Below, one piece after another: positions 34,579 to 44,429 of a stretch of 64,000 bases of DNA. Under the pieces are notes generated by a model. It was given only the letters and a program-made list of their open reading frames with translations. It searched no databases and was not told the origin of the DNA. The DNA comes from a virus, in the IMG/VR virus record IMGVR_UViG_3300037189_010507, positions 1 through 64,000 of that record; one strand, written 5' to 3'. Position 1 is the stretch's first letter. Each line of letters opens with the position of its first letter. A program made the translations under genes and the position numbers.

Positions 34579-35391
34579 TTATTCTGCTGGCTTAGCATTA
34601 TCTATAAGGAACTGCATAAGAGTTCCTGTGTATTTCATTCTACCTAGATGCGTAAGTTCAATAGTTGGGTCTGTCCAAATATCGCCATTCATCTTTTGCC
34701 AATAGCGACAGAAACCGTAATCCTCAGATAAGAATCTATTATCTTCGTCTACATAAGAATTAAATAAGGCATAAGAATAGTTTCTTTCATCTTCATTAAG
34801 CAGCCCGGTATCATCATCATATTTTAATTCCGGATACTGAGCAAACATTTTCTCAAATGCGCTACGCTTAATCATCATAAAACCAGTACCAGCATCGTGA
34901 ACAGAAATGGCACCATTTTCTACAACAATTTGATCACTACCAAAACGAACTGGATTTACAACAAATCTTGTACTCAATGATAAAAGTCTATCTGGATCCA
35001 CACCTTTTTCTACTGCTTTAGAAATTTTTTCCCAATTTATATCCTTTATGGGATAAGCACCAGTTACAATTTCTTTATCGTGCCATAACATCTTCAAAAT
35101 ATCATCAGGGTTAAAACCTAAATCAACATCAATAAATACCAAATGCGTAAACTCAGGATTAGCCATAAACTTAGCTACAAGCTGATTTCTAGCTCTTGAA
35201 ATAAGAGAATCAGATAGTGTACTAATAGAAAATTTTAATCCAATGTCTTTAAACCCAATTGCTGTCTTTATGAAAGACATAAAAAATGGTTCCGTAATTT
35301 GTTGATCATAACAAGGCAAAGCAAAAAATGGATGCCAACCTTTTATTTGATCAGAAGTAATTTCAATTTCTTGTTCTTGTGTTTGAATCAT
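34579..35391 (-). CDS. Glycosyltransferase (GT-A/GT2-like)
   Basis: SLISRARN...FIDVD...GTGFMMIKR...SEDYGFC...LTHLG; leaderless TATACT-N7-ATG. Confidence 0.8.
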   Translation of the reverse strand: MIQTQEQEIEITSDQIKGWHPFFALPCYDQQITEPFFMSFIKTAIGFKDIGLKFSISTLSDSLISRARNQLVAKFMANPEFTHLVFIDVDLGFNPDDILKMLWHDKEIVTGAYPIKDINWEKISKAVEKGVDPDRLLSLSTRFVVNPVRFGSDQIVVENGAISVHDAGTGFMMIKRSAFEKMFAQYPELKYDDDTGLLNEDERNYSYALFNSYVDEDNRFLSEDYGFCRYWQKMNGDIWTDPTIELTHLGRMKYTGTLMQFLIDNAKPAE

Positions 35392-35408
35392 AAACAAAAG
35401 TATACACG

Positions 35409-35441
35409 AAAAAAAACCCCCATGTGTTTCCACATGGGGGT
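35409..35441 (-). terminator. Intrinsic terminator
   Basis: ACCCCCATGTG...CACATGGGGGT with A tract. Confidence 0.75.
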
Positions 35442-35465
35442 CTTTTCCTAAATATTTTTTAATAT

Positions 35466-35807
35466 TTACTTAGATGCTTTTGTCTTCTCTTTTGCAGTAA
35501 CAGAAGGCACTGCATTTGCAGTAACAGAAGTCATTGCATTTGTGTCTTGTGTTGCCTTAAAGTAAAGCTTGCTATCATCTGCATCAAAGCGAATAACAAT
35601 ATTGAAACCTAACTTCTTAGCCTGAGCACGAATACGCTGTTGCATTGAATTGTATGCCTTACCTTTTTCAATACCAGTAATGCAAAACTTTTCTCCAGTC
35701 TTTACAGACTCATTGAGCGCATCAATAATCATCTGCAATTCTTCAGATACTCTACCTGAGCGAGAGATTTCTGGAAAGTTTTCTACTTTTTGAATGCTAA
35801 TGGACAT
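35466..35807 (-). CDS. Basic hypothetical protein, possible distant FEFID/RGRK-family member
   Basis: RSGR...ELQMIIDAL...GEKF...IRAQAKKLG; AAAGGA RBS. Confidence 0.7.
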   Translation of the reverse strand: MSISIQKVENFPEISRSGRVSEELQMIIDALNESVKTGEKFCITGIEKGKAYNSMQQRIRAQAKKLGFNIVIRFDADDSKLYFKATQDTNAMTSVTANAVPSVTAKEKTKASK

Positions 35808-35951
35808 TTTAATTTCCTTTGTTCTTGTTGTTTGTAAGTGTTGAAATGGTCTTTCCATTTCGTTGAATGTCATCATAACACCGCCTTTTTCACCGTGTCG
35901 GCAGTTTGCGTATCTTTTTTAAAAAAAGTTTTTGTAACAATTATTTTGTGA

Positions 35952-36149
35952 TCAAAAGTCTTGAGCAATATTTTTAGACTTTACATCGTCAGTTTCTTCA
36001 TAAGTCAAAATGATTTTTTGCAGCTTTTGCACAGCCAATTTGTTTACAGTAAGTTCAAAATTTAAACTACTAATTTGCCGATTCAATTCAGCAATAATTT
36101 CATCAACAGTAACTTGTCCGCTATCTTTATTTAGACTAGATCTATCCAT
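35952..36149 (-). CDS. Coiled-coil hypothetical protein
   Basis: 65 aa ORF after TerL. Confidence 0.55.
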   Translation of the reverse strand: MDRSSLNKDSGQVTVDEIIAELNRQISSLNFELTVNKLAVQKLQKIILTYEETDDVKSKNIAQDF

Positions 36150-37861
36150 CTCTCAGCCCCTCCAATCTCTTTCTTATCTGTATCTTCAAACATTTGAAGA
36201 TCTCTATTATACATTTTTACAGAAGAGAATTCTTCAAATTCATCATCCATTTCAAATATAGGACTAGGTGCTAATACTTCAATTTCAACTTCTGAATCAA
36301 TGGCAGCCATACTCATAGCATTAAAGACAGACCCGGCTAATGCATCAGCTAAGTCTTTAGAACCAGTAGCAGGGTGATCAATTTTGTTATTACCAAATAA
36401 CTTTAACTTTAATAATTCTTCTTCAACTAATAACTCATTCCAATATCCGCGTAATCTTGTATCGTACATACAAGACATTAATGTGTCATAATCTGTTTTC
36501 TTTACGCTATGAAAGTCAGAATTAATTCCCATATTTCTCAAGCTTTGAATCATCTCGATTGATTGCCAACGGTCAAAGGTAACTAATCCAACATCAAATT
36601 TTCTATGGAGATCAACGATCATTTGCCTAATTGATGCGAAGTTAATTTCATTACCAACAGTAGCTTCCCAAGAATGAACAAGATCAACATTAATAATTGG
36701 CAACTTTTCTATACCCATTGATGTTTTAATTTCTTTAAATCCAGCACAATGCGACATACAAAGTGCAGCCCTATCTCGTTTCAAAGCCAAGTCAACATGA
36801 ATAAATCTTGTATATCCATCTTTATTATTAAACCAAGGTTTAAACATTCCTTCTTCATCTACTGGATTTTCTCTATACATAAATGCTTTTCTAACTAGAT
36901 CAGCATCTCTAAAGTATGCGTCTTCCATATTAGGTGGTTCACATTCAAATCTAGCTCTAGCCTGAATAGGATTACGAATATATTCCGACTCTAATTGCTC
37001 TCTCTTAATCGTAGGATTAACTTCCCAAGTAGCAGCTTTCATTGACCAAGTTTTTGGTTCATTATTATTTCTAGAATCAAAATATCTTTGTTGAATAAAG
37101 TCACCTTTATAACGAGGGAAAGACAGAAGAATAACTTTACCGACTTCCGGGAAACGAGACATAACAGATAACTTACTCATATTATAAATTGCAGATGCAG
37201 AACCTTTTGATCTCGTTTCTCCCTTTAATTCAACATCTGTTTTAAAAGCAGCAATTTCGTCAAGAATAATAGTCATAACTTCATAACCTTCCCAACCTTC
37301 ACTTTCAGAGTGACCAGAGAAACATCTAACAGGTCTACTAAAGAAAAATATTTCTGAAACTCTAGGTTCAAATCCTACTTCATTAAAAAATGGAGAACCA
37401 AGCAGTAAGTTTTTAAAAGGCTCAAAGAAAACTCTTTGTGCTTGCTGAGCGTTTACAGCTAAGTTAAGCAAGTCAATATATACACCATTTGCTTTACCAT
37501 AATAACTTAAAGGATCTCGAAGACAATGCATAAGATAAGCTGTATACGCCATTGAAATTCTTGCACAATGGTCTTTACCAGAGCCTTTACCTAACATGCA
37601 TATGACTTCATTATCTGTATACTTATCGTAATAAGCCGCCCCTTCTTCTTCACCCATCAAATTCATTAACGTATGTTTTTTAAAAATTTGTGTAGAATGT
37701 CGTACAATCTCTAATTGAATAGGAGATAATGGTGGAAGCCCAAGATATTTCCTATCCTCAACAAATACTTCAATAGGAACAGGTTCTTGTACAAATTCTT
37801 CTTTCTTTAGCAATCTTTCAAAGTCTGCTAATTCTAAGTTCATACCGATAAAGTCAGACAT
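36131..37861 (-). CDS. terL: Terminase large subunit
   Basis: Walker A GKGSGKD, Walker B IILDE, LLSFP coupling motif, nuclease HVDLA...DHPATGSKDLADA. Confidence 0.9.
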   Translation of the reverse strand: MSDFIGMNLELADFERLLKKEEFVQEPVPIEVFVEDRKYLGLPPLSPIQLEIVRHSTQIFKKHTLMNLMGEEEGAAYYDKYTDNEVICMLGKGSGKDHCARISMAYTAYLMHCLRDPLSYYGKANGVYIDLLNLAVNAQQAQRVFFEPFKNLLLGSPFFNEVGFEPRVSEIFFFSRPVRCFSGHSESEGWEGYEVMTIILDEIAAFKTDVELKGETRSKGSASAIYNMSKLSVMSRFPEVGKVILLSFPRYKGDFIQQRYFDSRNNNEPKTWSMKAATWEVNPTIKREQLESEYIRNPIQARARFECEPPNMEDAYFRDADLVRKAFMYRENPVDEEGMFKPWFNNKDGYTRFIHVDLALKRDRAALCMSHCAGFKEIKTSMGIEKLPIINVDLVHSWEATVGNEINFASIRQMIVDLHRKFDVGLVTFDRWQSIEMIQSLRNMGINSDFHSVKKTDYDTLMSCMYDTRLRGYWNELLVEEELLKLKLFGNNKIDHPATGSKDLADALAGSVFNAMSMAAIDSEVEIEVLAPSPIFEMDDEFEEFSSVKMYNRDLQMFEDTDKKEIGGAERWIDLV

Positions 37862-38484
37862 TATTCTGCTCCTTTATGGGGCGAATTTTCCGTTTCAAAT
37901 TGTGGAGTTTCTACAATCTCTGCTTCTTCTATAAATTCTTCTTGCGTATTCATAATGTCAAAAGCAATAGACAGCTCTCTACGGACTTCATCAGCAATCT
38001 CTGGGTACTTTGAAATAACATCTCTGAGGACTCTAGAAAGAATTTGATTAACATTCTCAGCCTTTTGCATTCGGGCAATATAATCAGAATCACCATTTGT
38101 ACCGCCCATAAGCTTATGCAATTGTGCTTTCTTATTCGCAATGTCTGCTGCCAATTTAAGAGCCTGAATTCTTGCTGGAACCATTCCATGATCAGTTGCT
38201 ATGTTAACTGTCTCCCAAGCTTCCTTACTTAATTGATCAAACTCTTGAAGAGCTTTAATAGTATTAAATTGAATTCTCTCAAGGAAGTATGGGTCTTCTT
38301 CTGCTTGACGGTTGAGTATCTTTTTATACTCGTTTATATAATCTTTCGCATCCGCTATCTTTATAGATAATAGCGTTGCTATTTCGTGATAAGAATAACC
38401 TTTAACATATAACTGGCCTGCATCTTCTATAGACCTTAATTTGTCAAAGATATTCTTGTCACCTATTGGTTCAATATTTGACAT
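37861..38484 (-). CDS. Putative terminase small subunit
   Basis: N-terminal HTH (GYSYHEIATLL), helical, directly upstream of TerL. Confidence 0.6.
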   Translation of the reverse strand: MSNIEPIGDKNIFDKLRSIEDAGQLYVKGYSYHEIATLLSIKIADAKDYINEYKKILNRQAEEDPYFLERIQFNTIKALQEFDQLSKEAWETVNIATDHGMVPARIQALKLAADIANKKAQLHKLMGGTNGDSDYIARMQKAENVNQILSRVLRDVISKYPEIADEVRRELSIAFDIMNTQEEFIEEAEIVETPQFETENSPHKGAE

Positions 38485-38713
38485 AATATATAGTTTATCA
38501 TACTAATACAGAAATAAAAGCGAAAAGCCCCGCCGAAGCGAGGCAATTCACTATTTTTACTTATTAGTTAGAGACAACTCTGTAAATAGTAATCTTGTCG
38601 TTTTTTGCAAAAAGGACAAGTTGTTCTTGGACTTTTATTGGTGAATTCATATTCCTATAGTATCATATTCTGAATCGTTATTTTGTCGTTTGTTTTTGTT
38701 TGTATAAAAATTA

Positions 38714-39478
38714 TTATTCTTTCACAAAACCAAGTTGGTCGCCATCTTTTTCAGCAAAAGTGTGAAGAGTATCATAATCATAACCATGCATCTTAGTAAA
38801 AACTAATCTATAGTTATACCATCCTCTTACACCTTCCCAAAATTTTTGGTCTGTTTCTGCTGCTAGGTCTACCAATTCTTCACTCGTTAACAAGAATGTT
38901 AGAACTCCCAAAGGCATATAAACAACACTGTTATATGTTGCATCTTTGTCAGATGCATACTCTGCAAGTATGTCTTGATACTGCTTAATGACTCTTGCTA
39001 CACCATCACCGGCATAATAATCAACTTGACCATGTGCATTTCTAATCCTAGGACAGTAATCATCAACAGGAGTAATTGTTCCAAATGTTCTACAAACCAT
39101 CGGTCTATATCCATAGATAGTGCAACCACCCTTGTAGAATACACAATGGCGATCTGTCTCTCCATTCATTTCCCAATTTGGATCATGCATTGCTTCTTTC
39201 AAAGATTCAATCATTGATTCCATCCATTCATTTGCAAACTGCTCACCCTTATCTTCCATCTTCAAATAGAATTCTTGTGTAATTTTGAAAGCAATATTTG
39301 CACATTCTGCAAGAGGAATTCTTAATCCAATCTTGCAACATTTACCTGAACCAAGACACTTGTATTCAGTATTATTCTGCTTTGCTTCAATCACTCTAAC
39401 TTGATTGTAAATCATATCAAGTTTTCCAAATGTTGAAATATCTTTAGCAGTTACGCTTCTTCTCATTTCTTTCTTCAT
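38714..39478 (-). CDS. YkgJ-family Cys-cluster (Fe-S/Zn) protein
   Basis: CLGSGKCC...CVFYKGGCTIYGYRPMVCRTFG. Confidence 0.8.
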   Translation of the reverse strand: MKKEMRRSVTAKDISTFGKLDMIYNQVRVIEAKQNNTEYKCLGSGKCCKIGLRIPLAECANIAFKITQEFYLKMEDKGEQFANEWMESMIESLKEAMHDPNWEMNGETDRHCVFYKGGCTIYGYRPMVCRTFGTITPVDDYCPRIRNAHGQVDYYAGDGVARVIKQYQDILAEYASDKDATYNSVVYMPLGVLTFLLTSEELVDLAAETDQKFWEGVRGWYNYRLVFTKMHGYDYDTLHTFAEKDGDQLGFVKE

Positions 39479-39804
39479 TTTAACTTACCTTTCTTTTTAA
39501 GTTCATTTTGTTTTCTCATTTCTCTTCGTCTTTGCTCTACCATTTTTTGGGCTGGCGATTTAGGAGCTTTCTGTTTACCAGCAGATAAGTTTCTTCCCTT
39601 GCCCCTGTACTTAAGCAGATCATATTTTTTACACCAGTTGTAAACTGTCTGAGGACTTGTTTTAATATTGTAATTCTTATCTAAAAGTTTTACAATATCT
39701 GTCAAGTTCATTCTTTTAGCAACATAATGCTCATATAAAAATGTTTTATCTTTATAAGGCTCAAGGCCCATCTTTACCACCAGTTTTGTAATACCATAAA
39801 GCAA
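39475..39804 (-). CDS. HTH DNA-binding protein
   Basis: LYEHYV...LTDIVK...SPQTVYNW; start probably 39771. Confidence 0.65.
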   Translation of the reverse strand: MLYGITKLVVKMGLEPYKDKTFLYEHYVAKRMNLTDIVKLLDKNYNIKTSPQTVYNWCKKYDLLKYRGKGRNLSAGKQKAPKSPAQKMVEQRRREMRKQNELKKKGKLK

Positions 39805-40342
39805 TTCCTAATGCGTCAATAATATCATCATCTTCAAGACCTGGGGTTTCATTTCCATAAGCAATTGAAACAATTTCTCTTACTCTAGTTTTTCTTTCGT
39901 TCTTCATTTTAATCTGAATAGACCCTTTGGTGCCATTCTTTTCTAAAGAACTCTTATCTTGCTTAGTAACATTTTTGTAACCGATAGCTGGTTTCCATTG
40001 AAGAGGATTAATATCTCTAGTTTTGATACCTGCTTGATGGAGTATTCCCCATGTAAAACCTATTACATAAGAAATAATTCTACTTGATTGAAAGTTTTGG
40101 ACATACACTGATTGCTCAATAGCAGCAACATCTGGCTTATACATATCTATAACCGATGACATTTCTTTGTATATCTTTGCAAACTTTTCTGATTCTGTTT
40201 TCTCTTTTTTAAGATCTATTTTCCCAGTAGCAATCACATCTTTTTCTTTTGTGACGACTGCCCATGCCAAAGAATGAGATGCTGGGTCAATAGCTATGAC
40301 TTTTTGCCAGTCATTGCTACCGACAATATTCTTTAAACTCAT
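39761..40342 (-). CDS. ruvC: RuvC-like Holliday junction resolvase
   Basis: IAIDP...AAIEQ...P.QWK...DDIIDALGIA. Confidence 0.85.
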   Translation of the reverse strand: MSLKNIVGSNDWQKVIAIDPASHSLAWAVVTKEKDVIATGKIDLKKEKTESEKFAKIYKEMSSVIDMYKPDVAAIEQSVYVQNFQSSRIISYVIGFTWGILHQAGIKTRDINPLQWKPAIGYKNVTKQDKSSLEKNGTKGSIQIKMKNERKTRVREIVSIAYGNETPGLEDDDIIDALGIALWYYKTGGKDGP

Positions 40343-40363
40343 CTATATATTATAGCGTATAGA

Positions 40364-40714
40364 TTAACGCTGTTCATCCCTAAGCTTCTTTTCATCCCAT
40401 CCCCAACTAATTAATCTTTGTATGTATCGTTCAGTTTTACACTGTTCGCATATTTCTTCTTCATTATAGGATGAAAGAACAGTATCACAATCTTTTGTTT
40501 TACAAATTCTTTTTCGCTTTTTATTCTCTTTTTTTCTGTAGTAGTTTTCAAGCAGTTTTTTATTTGTTACAACTTTTCTACATTCTGGTGAGCAGTATAT
40601 AGTGTTGTAAACTTTTGCTATAAAATCTTTTTTACATTCTTCGTTTTGACATACTCTTTGTTCGCTATCAAACATTCCCCGACCAGCATTTATCAGCCAA
40701 AGCACACTCTGCAC
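40364..40714 (-). CDS. Zinc-finger protein
   Basis: CQNEEC...YCSPEC...CKTKDC...CEQC; start probably 40675. Confidence 0.65.
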   Translation of the reverse strand: MQSVLWLINAGRGMFDSEQRVCQNEECKKDFIAKVYNTIYCSPECRKVVTNKKLLENYYRKKENKKRKRICKTKDCDTVLSSYNEEEICEQCKTERYIQRLISWGWDEKKLRDEQR

Positions 40715-41387
40715 ATTTAGCAGAACTACGCTTATAAGGCTGAGCGGGGATTTCTCGCTTTAAGAAAGCATCGTAAATTCCCCTATATTTTTTAAACAAT
40801 TTATCTATGAATGTGTCATCTCTTTCAATATAAATTGGAAGAATTTCTTGGTTATTTTTATTCTCGTAAATAACTAAACCAGATGGCAAATCAAGACAGC
40901 GCATATAAATTTGTGCTTGTCTAAAATGATCGTCTTTTGGTTTGTTATATAGCTTTCTATAGTGAAAGCCTTCATTTGATATTGATTTCAACTCTATTAG
41001 TTTATGACCATCAAGATCAATTATACCATCTGCAGTGCCCTCAATTGGGGGATCATCGTGTGTTACTGGAATTTCTTCTGCTACAAGTATGCCAATTTCT
41101 CTCAAATAACTGTAAAGTCTGTCATGGACAGCATGACCATTATCAAAGATTCTATAAGTTTGAGGATGGAATGTAGTTGTCATTTCAGTACCTTCAAATA
41201 GATAATACCAATAACGCGCACATTGGTTTGTATAACTGGGATGGAACCCGCCAACCTTTTTCTCAGTTGGGGTATTACGCTTTTCTAGATGAGCATCAAT
41301 TGTTTTCAACAAATCCCCTACAATATCGTCACCCGATTTCTGTATTTTTTCCTGCTTTGGGAGTTTTAGTGCATTTAATGATTTCAA
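40668..41387 (-). CDS. Cas4-like PD-(D/E)xK exonuclease
   Basis: HPS...C.R, G.AVH, GTADG, IELKS, QAQIY, C-terminal CAEC...C. Confidence 0.85.
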   Translation of the reverse strand: MKSLNALKLPKQEKIQKSGDDIVGDLLKTIDAHLEKRNTPTEKKVGGFHPSYTNQCARYWYYLFEGTEMTTTFHPQTYRIFDNGHAVHDRLYSYLREIGILVAEEIPVTHDDPPIEGTADGIIDLDGHKLIELKSISNEGFHYRKLYNKPKDDHFRQAQIYMRCLDLPSGLVIYENKNNQEILPIYIERDDTFIDKLFKKYRGIYDAFLKREIPAQPYKRSSAKCAECALADKCWSGNV

Positions 41388-41702
41388 TTAATTTCCTTTT
41401 GATGCGATTTTGAGAACATTAATGTTCTCTGCTAGAGCTTCATACATGGTTTTCCATATATCATTTACCATTTTATCTTGTTCACTCATGAGACTAGATC
41501 TTCTCTTAAAAGCCTGAGACTTAATAATCATTTGAGTTCTATATGCTGCCAAAAGGTTTGCATATTTGATAGCCTGCGCTCCAACATAATGATTTGGGTT
41601 GTCAATAATATCTTGTACAATTGCCATACACTCAATAAATTCTTTTGATCTTTCTCCCATATGCTGGGCGATGAAATCAACATCTACAATAATATCAGCC
41701 AT
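41388..41702 (-). CDS. Hypothetical protein
   Basis: 104 aa coupled ORF. Confidence 0.65.
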   Translation of the reverse strand: MADIIVDVDFIAQHMGERSKEFIECMAIVQDIIDNPNHYVGAQAIKYANLLAAYRTQMIIKSQAFKRRSSLMSEQDKMVNDIWKTMYEALAENINVLKIASKGN

Positions 41703-43086
41703 GTATATCTTCTCTTTCTATTAGGTTCTTCAATTGTACACCTATCCAATGCGATACAGGGCTTGCAATAGCATTTCCGCACATTTTATATCTATTGGTA
41801 TCGGCAATCTTTTTACCGTTTCTATCAAATGCCGTGTGATTATCAGGGAACCCCATTAATCTTTCGCATTCAATAGGTGTAAGTCTTCTTAAAATAAATT
41901 TCTTTTCATCTACTGGAATAGCAATGTGGTCAGCGGAGTCAATACCAGTTCTGATTGTTCTATAAGTATCTTCTGTTATTTTATTATTATAGCCATCATA
42001 TGCAAGAACAGGTACTTGACCACCACCTGTCCCCATCCTGTGCTTTAAAGTTGGAACAATTCCATCTTCATAGATTCTAATATCATCAACTCTTGTCCCA
42101 TCAAGCACCATTATATGAGGCATATTATCCCCATTATGATGCTCTGCTCTAAGAGTTGGAACTAAATCTTCACTAACTCCATAACCTTGTCTAACCATTA
42201 CTCCCGGCTGAAAGACAAGGACTGTTGCTCTCGCTTCTCCAGTGTTATCAAATGCATTAAGAGTTGGTGATACGTTACCACTAATCCAAGACTCTGAATC
42301 TTCATTATTCTGCGCCCTCTTTGTCTTAACAAAAGGCTCTAAAATGAAGTTCATATCCGGTCTTTTATGGTCAGAAGAAGATAGACTTACTCCTCCTTCT
42401 TCATATTTGCTAAATCCTGTTTTCCCATACCAGATAGGTCCATCAATGCCTGTCTCAAAGGCTCTGGGATTTGATTTCCCTTTCTTTCTCCTCTTCTTAA
42501 TATCCCCATTGCTGTCTTCGGGGACAGATAATATTTTTCCATTACTTCTTCTAATGGCTGAAGAGTCCCAGCAAGCGATGACAAATATTCTTCTTCTTCG
42601 CTGGGCGACTCCGAACCATTGTGCATCCAAGATATGCCATTCAATTCCCAATGCCCCGATGTTAGCCATTTGGTTGAGGACTTCCCCGAAGTCTTCTCCT
42701 TTATTACTTGTGAGGGCACCTGGGACATTTTCCCAGATTGCCCATTTTGGATATTGTCCATTTGTTGCATCACGCATCTCCTTAATTATTCTAATACCTT
42801 CAAAAAATAATCCTGATCTATCTCCGTCAAGACCAGAACGCTTACCTGCTACTGATAAGTCTTGGCATGGTGAGCCAAAAGAAATCAAATCAACAGGTGT
42901 TAAATCTGCGCCATCAACATCTCGTACATCTGTGTACTTTAATGTATCAGGCCAGTTTCTTTGCAATACTTCTTGGCAATTTTTATCCCATTCAACTTGG
43001 AACTTACATTCCCAGCCAGCAGAATCAAAACCAAGATCAAATCCACCTACTCCTGCGAATAGGCTTCCATAAGTTAAATTACTCAT
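41695..43086 (-). CDS. dcm: C5-cytosine DNA methyltransferase with expanded variable region
   Basis: LFAGVGG, GSPCQDLS, WENVPG, QRRRRIF, RRLTPIECERLMGFPD, GNA. Confidence 0.95.
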   Translation of the reverse strand: MSNLTYGSLFAGVGGFDLGFDSAGWECKFQVEWDKNCQEVLQRNWPDTLKYTDVRDVDGADLTPVDLISFGSPCQDLSVAGKRSGLDGDRSGLFFEGIRIIKEMRDATNGQYPKWAIWENVPGALTSNKGEDFGEVLNQMANIGALGIEWHILDAQWFGVAQRRRRIFVIACWDSSAIRRSNGKILSVPEDSNGDIKKRRKKGKSNPRAFETGIDGPIWYGKTGFSKYEEGGVSLSSSDHKRPDMNFILEPFVKTKRAQNNEDSESWISGNVSPTLNAFDNTGEARATVLVFQPGVMVRQGYGVSEDLVPTLRAEHHNGDNMPHIMVLDGTRVDDIRIYEDGIVPTLKHRMGTGGGQVPVLAYDGYNNKITEDTYRTIRTGIDSADHIAIPVDEKKFILRRLTPIECERLMGFPDNHTAFDRNGKKIADTNRYKMCGNAIASPVSHWIGVQLKNLIEREDIHG

Positions 43087-43484
43087 TATTTTCCTTTAAA
43101 CACAACTACGACTGATGGGAAAGGAGCGTTATAAATTGCTCCTTGAAATCTCAGTCTACCTTTAATAAAACGAATTTCATCCGCTTGCATGACATATGTA
43201 TGCCACCATTTTGTGTCAGTACGACTTGGGATTAGAAAAACTGATGTATTGCCCTTCTCCTGCTCTCTCATAGCTTTTTCAAGCCATTTCGCAATCACAT
43301 TGCCATATGGTGGATTAACAAAGTTGCAAGAACCCCATTCAATTTCCAAACCGTCAAAATCGGGATTAGATGGACATGGATCAAAATTAAAATTAAATTC
43401 TTCATTTAATTTTTGATAGAAAACTTCAGGAGTTTTCCACTTTTCATTAACTGACATAAAGTGAACTTGACTACTCATAATCAC
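43086..43484 (-). CDS. dam: Phage DNA N6-adenine methyltransferase (Dam-like)
   Basis: WKTP...FDPC...VNPPYG...LIPSRTDT.WW...RFIKGRLRF...APFPS. Confidence 0.9.
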   Translation of the reverse strand: MIMSSQVHFMSVNEKWKTPEVFYQKLNEEFNFNFDPCPSNPDFDGLEIEWGSCNFVNPPYGNVIAKWLEKAMREQEKGNTSVFLIPSRTDTKWWHTYVMQADEIRFIKGRLRFQGAIYNAPFPSVVVVFKGK

Positions 43485-43782
43485 TATCCTTGATCAACTC
43501 TTTAAATACATGCCATTCAATAATAGCAACCTTAACATCAGAATCTTCTCCAAGGACAACAGAAATACATGGGTATTTATGATTGGATTTCCATGCATCC
43601 TTACGCATTTTAATCCAAGCAGTTCTTGTCAATGTAAAAGATGCTCCATTGTGTTTGTAATCTAATAAAAACTCATGGAACTCTGCATCGCCCTTCTTAA
43701 ATCCTCTACCTGAATTCTTCACAGCCTTTGCTTTGTCCTTCTTGATTTCTTCTTTTTCAGTTCTTTTCATAGTAGCGCCCAT
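43471..43782 (-). CDS. Small PD-(D/E)xK nuclease / resolvase-like protein
   Basis: NSGRG..KGD...LDYK...SFTL...W.K; start probably 43770. Confidence 0.6.
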   Translation of the reverse strand: MGATMKRTEKEEIKKDKAKAVKNSGRGFKKGDAEFHEFLLDYKHNGASFTLTRTAWIKMRKDAWKSNHKYPCISVVLGEDSDVKVAIIEWHVFKELIKDSDYE

Positions 43783-44216
43783 ACATAACTTGGCTCATCA
43801 ACTGGTTTTTCTGTAACATCGTCAAACTTATCACAGTACCAATCCCAGTGTTTCCATGCTAACTTCAAGCGGTGTGATCGGTGAATGTCTTCACGACCAA
43901 ACCAATATGGCATTACTAGCTTATCATAATTTATGACTTCAAGCTTCATTGTATTGTTATAACCACGATTAATCCATTGCTCAACTGATTCATTAAAATA
44001 AAGTTTCAATGCTTCTTCGTAACCTCTCCACATTCTTGTAACAACATGGTTCTCCCAGCCATAATAAAATGTCCCATCCTTTTTCATCTTCGGCTGAACT
44101 CTTTTCAAAAGAACATTCAAGACCTGATGTGTTTCAACACGCTGTTTCCCAAGTCTTTTATAATCAAGAACTTGTAGCGATTCTTTGAAATCTGGATACG
44201 GTAAAAATGTTTGCAT
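43767..44216 (-). CDS. Pyrimidine-dimer DNA glycosylase (MSMEG_6728-like)
   Basis: MQTFLPYPDF...LDYKRLGKQRVE...H.V..MWRGY...HRSHR. Confidence 0.85.
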   Translation of the reverse strand: MQTFLPYPDFKESLQVLDYKRLGKQRVETHQVLNVLLKRVQPKMKKDGTFYYGWENHVVTRMWRGYEEALKLYFNESVEQWINRGYNNTMKLEVINYDKLVMPYWFGREDIHRSHRLKLAWKHWDWYCDKFDDVTEKPVDEPSYVWALL

Positions 44217-44429
44217 AGATGCCTCCTATTTAGACGGTGTGCAGAATATACCACAATGGCAAATGATAATAGGGGGTAAGGAGGATTTTTTATTTTTTAT
44301 TTCTGGGTTATTCCCAAAAAATATCTTCATCAAAGTCCTCTTCAACCTTCTTTATTAAAGCAATTGTGCCAACAACGAGAAGTCCAGAGGCTACTAAAAA
44401 TGGTAGTGATACTAATACTAGGAGTCTTT

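Noticed and set aside
42242-43072. 276-aa + strand ORF
   Set aside because: Antisense shadow of the conserved dcm gene, with no recognisable motifs.
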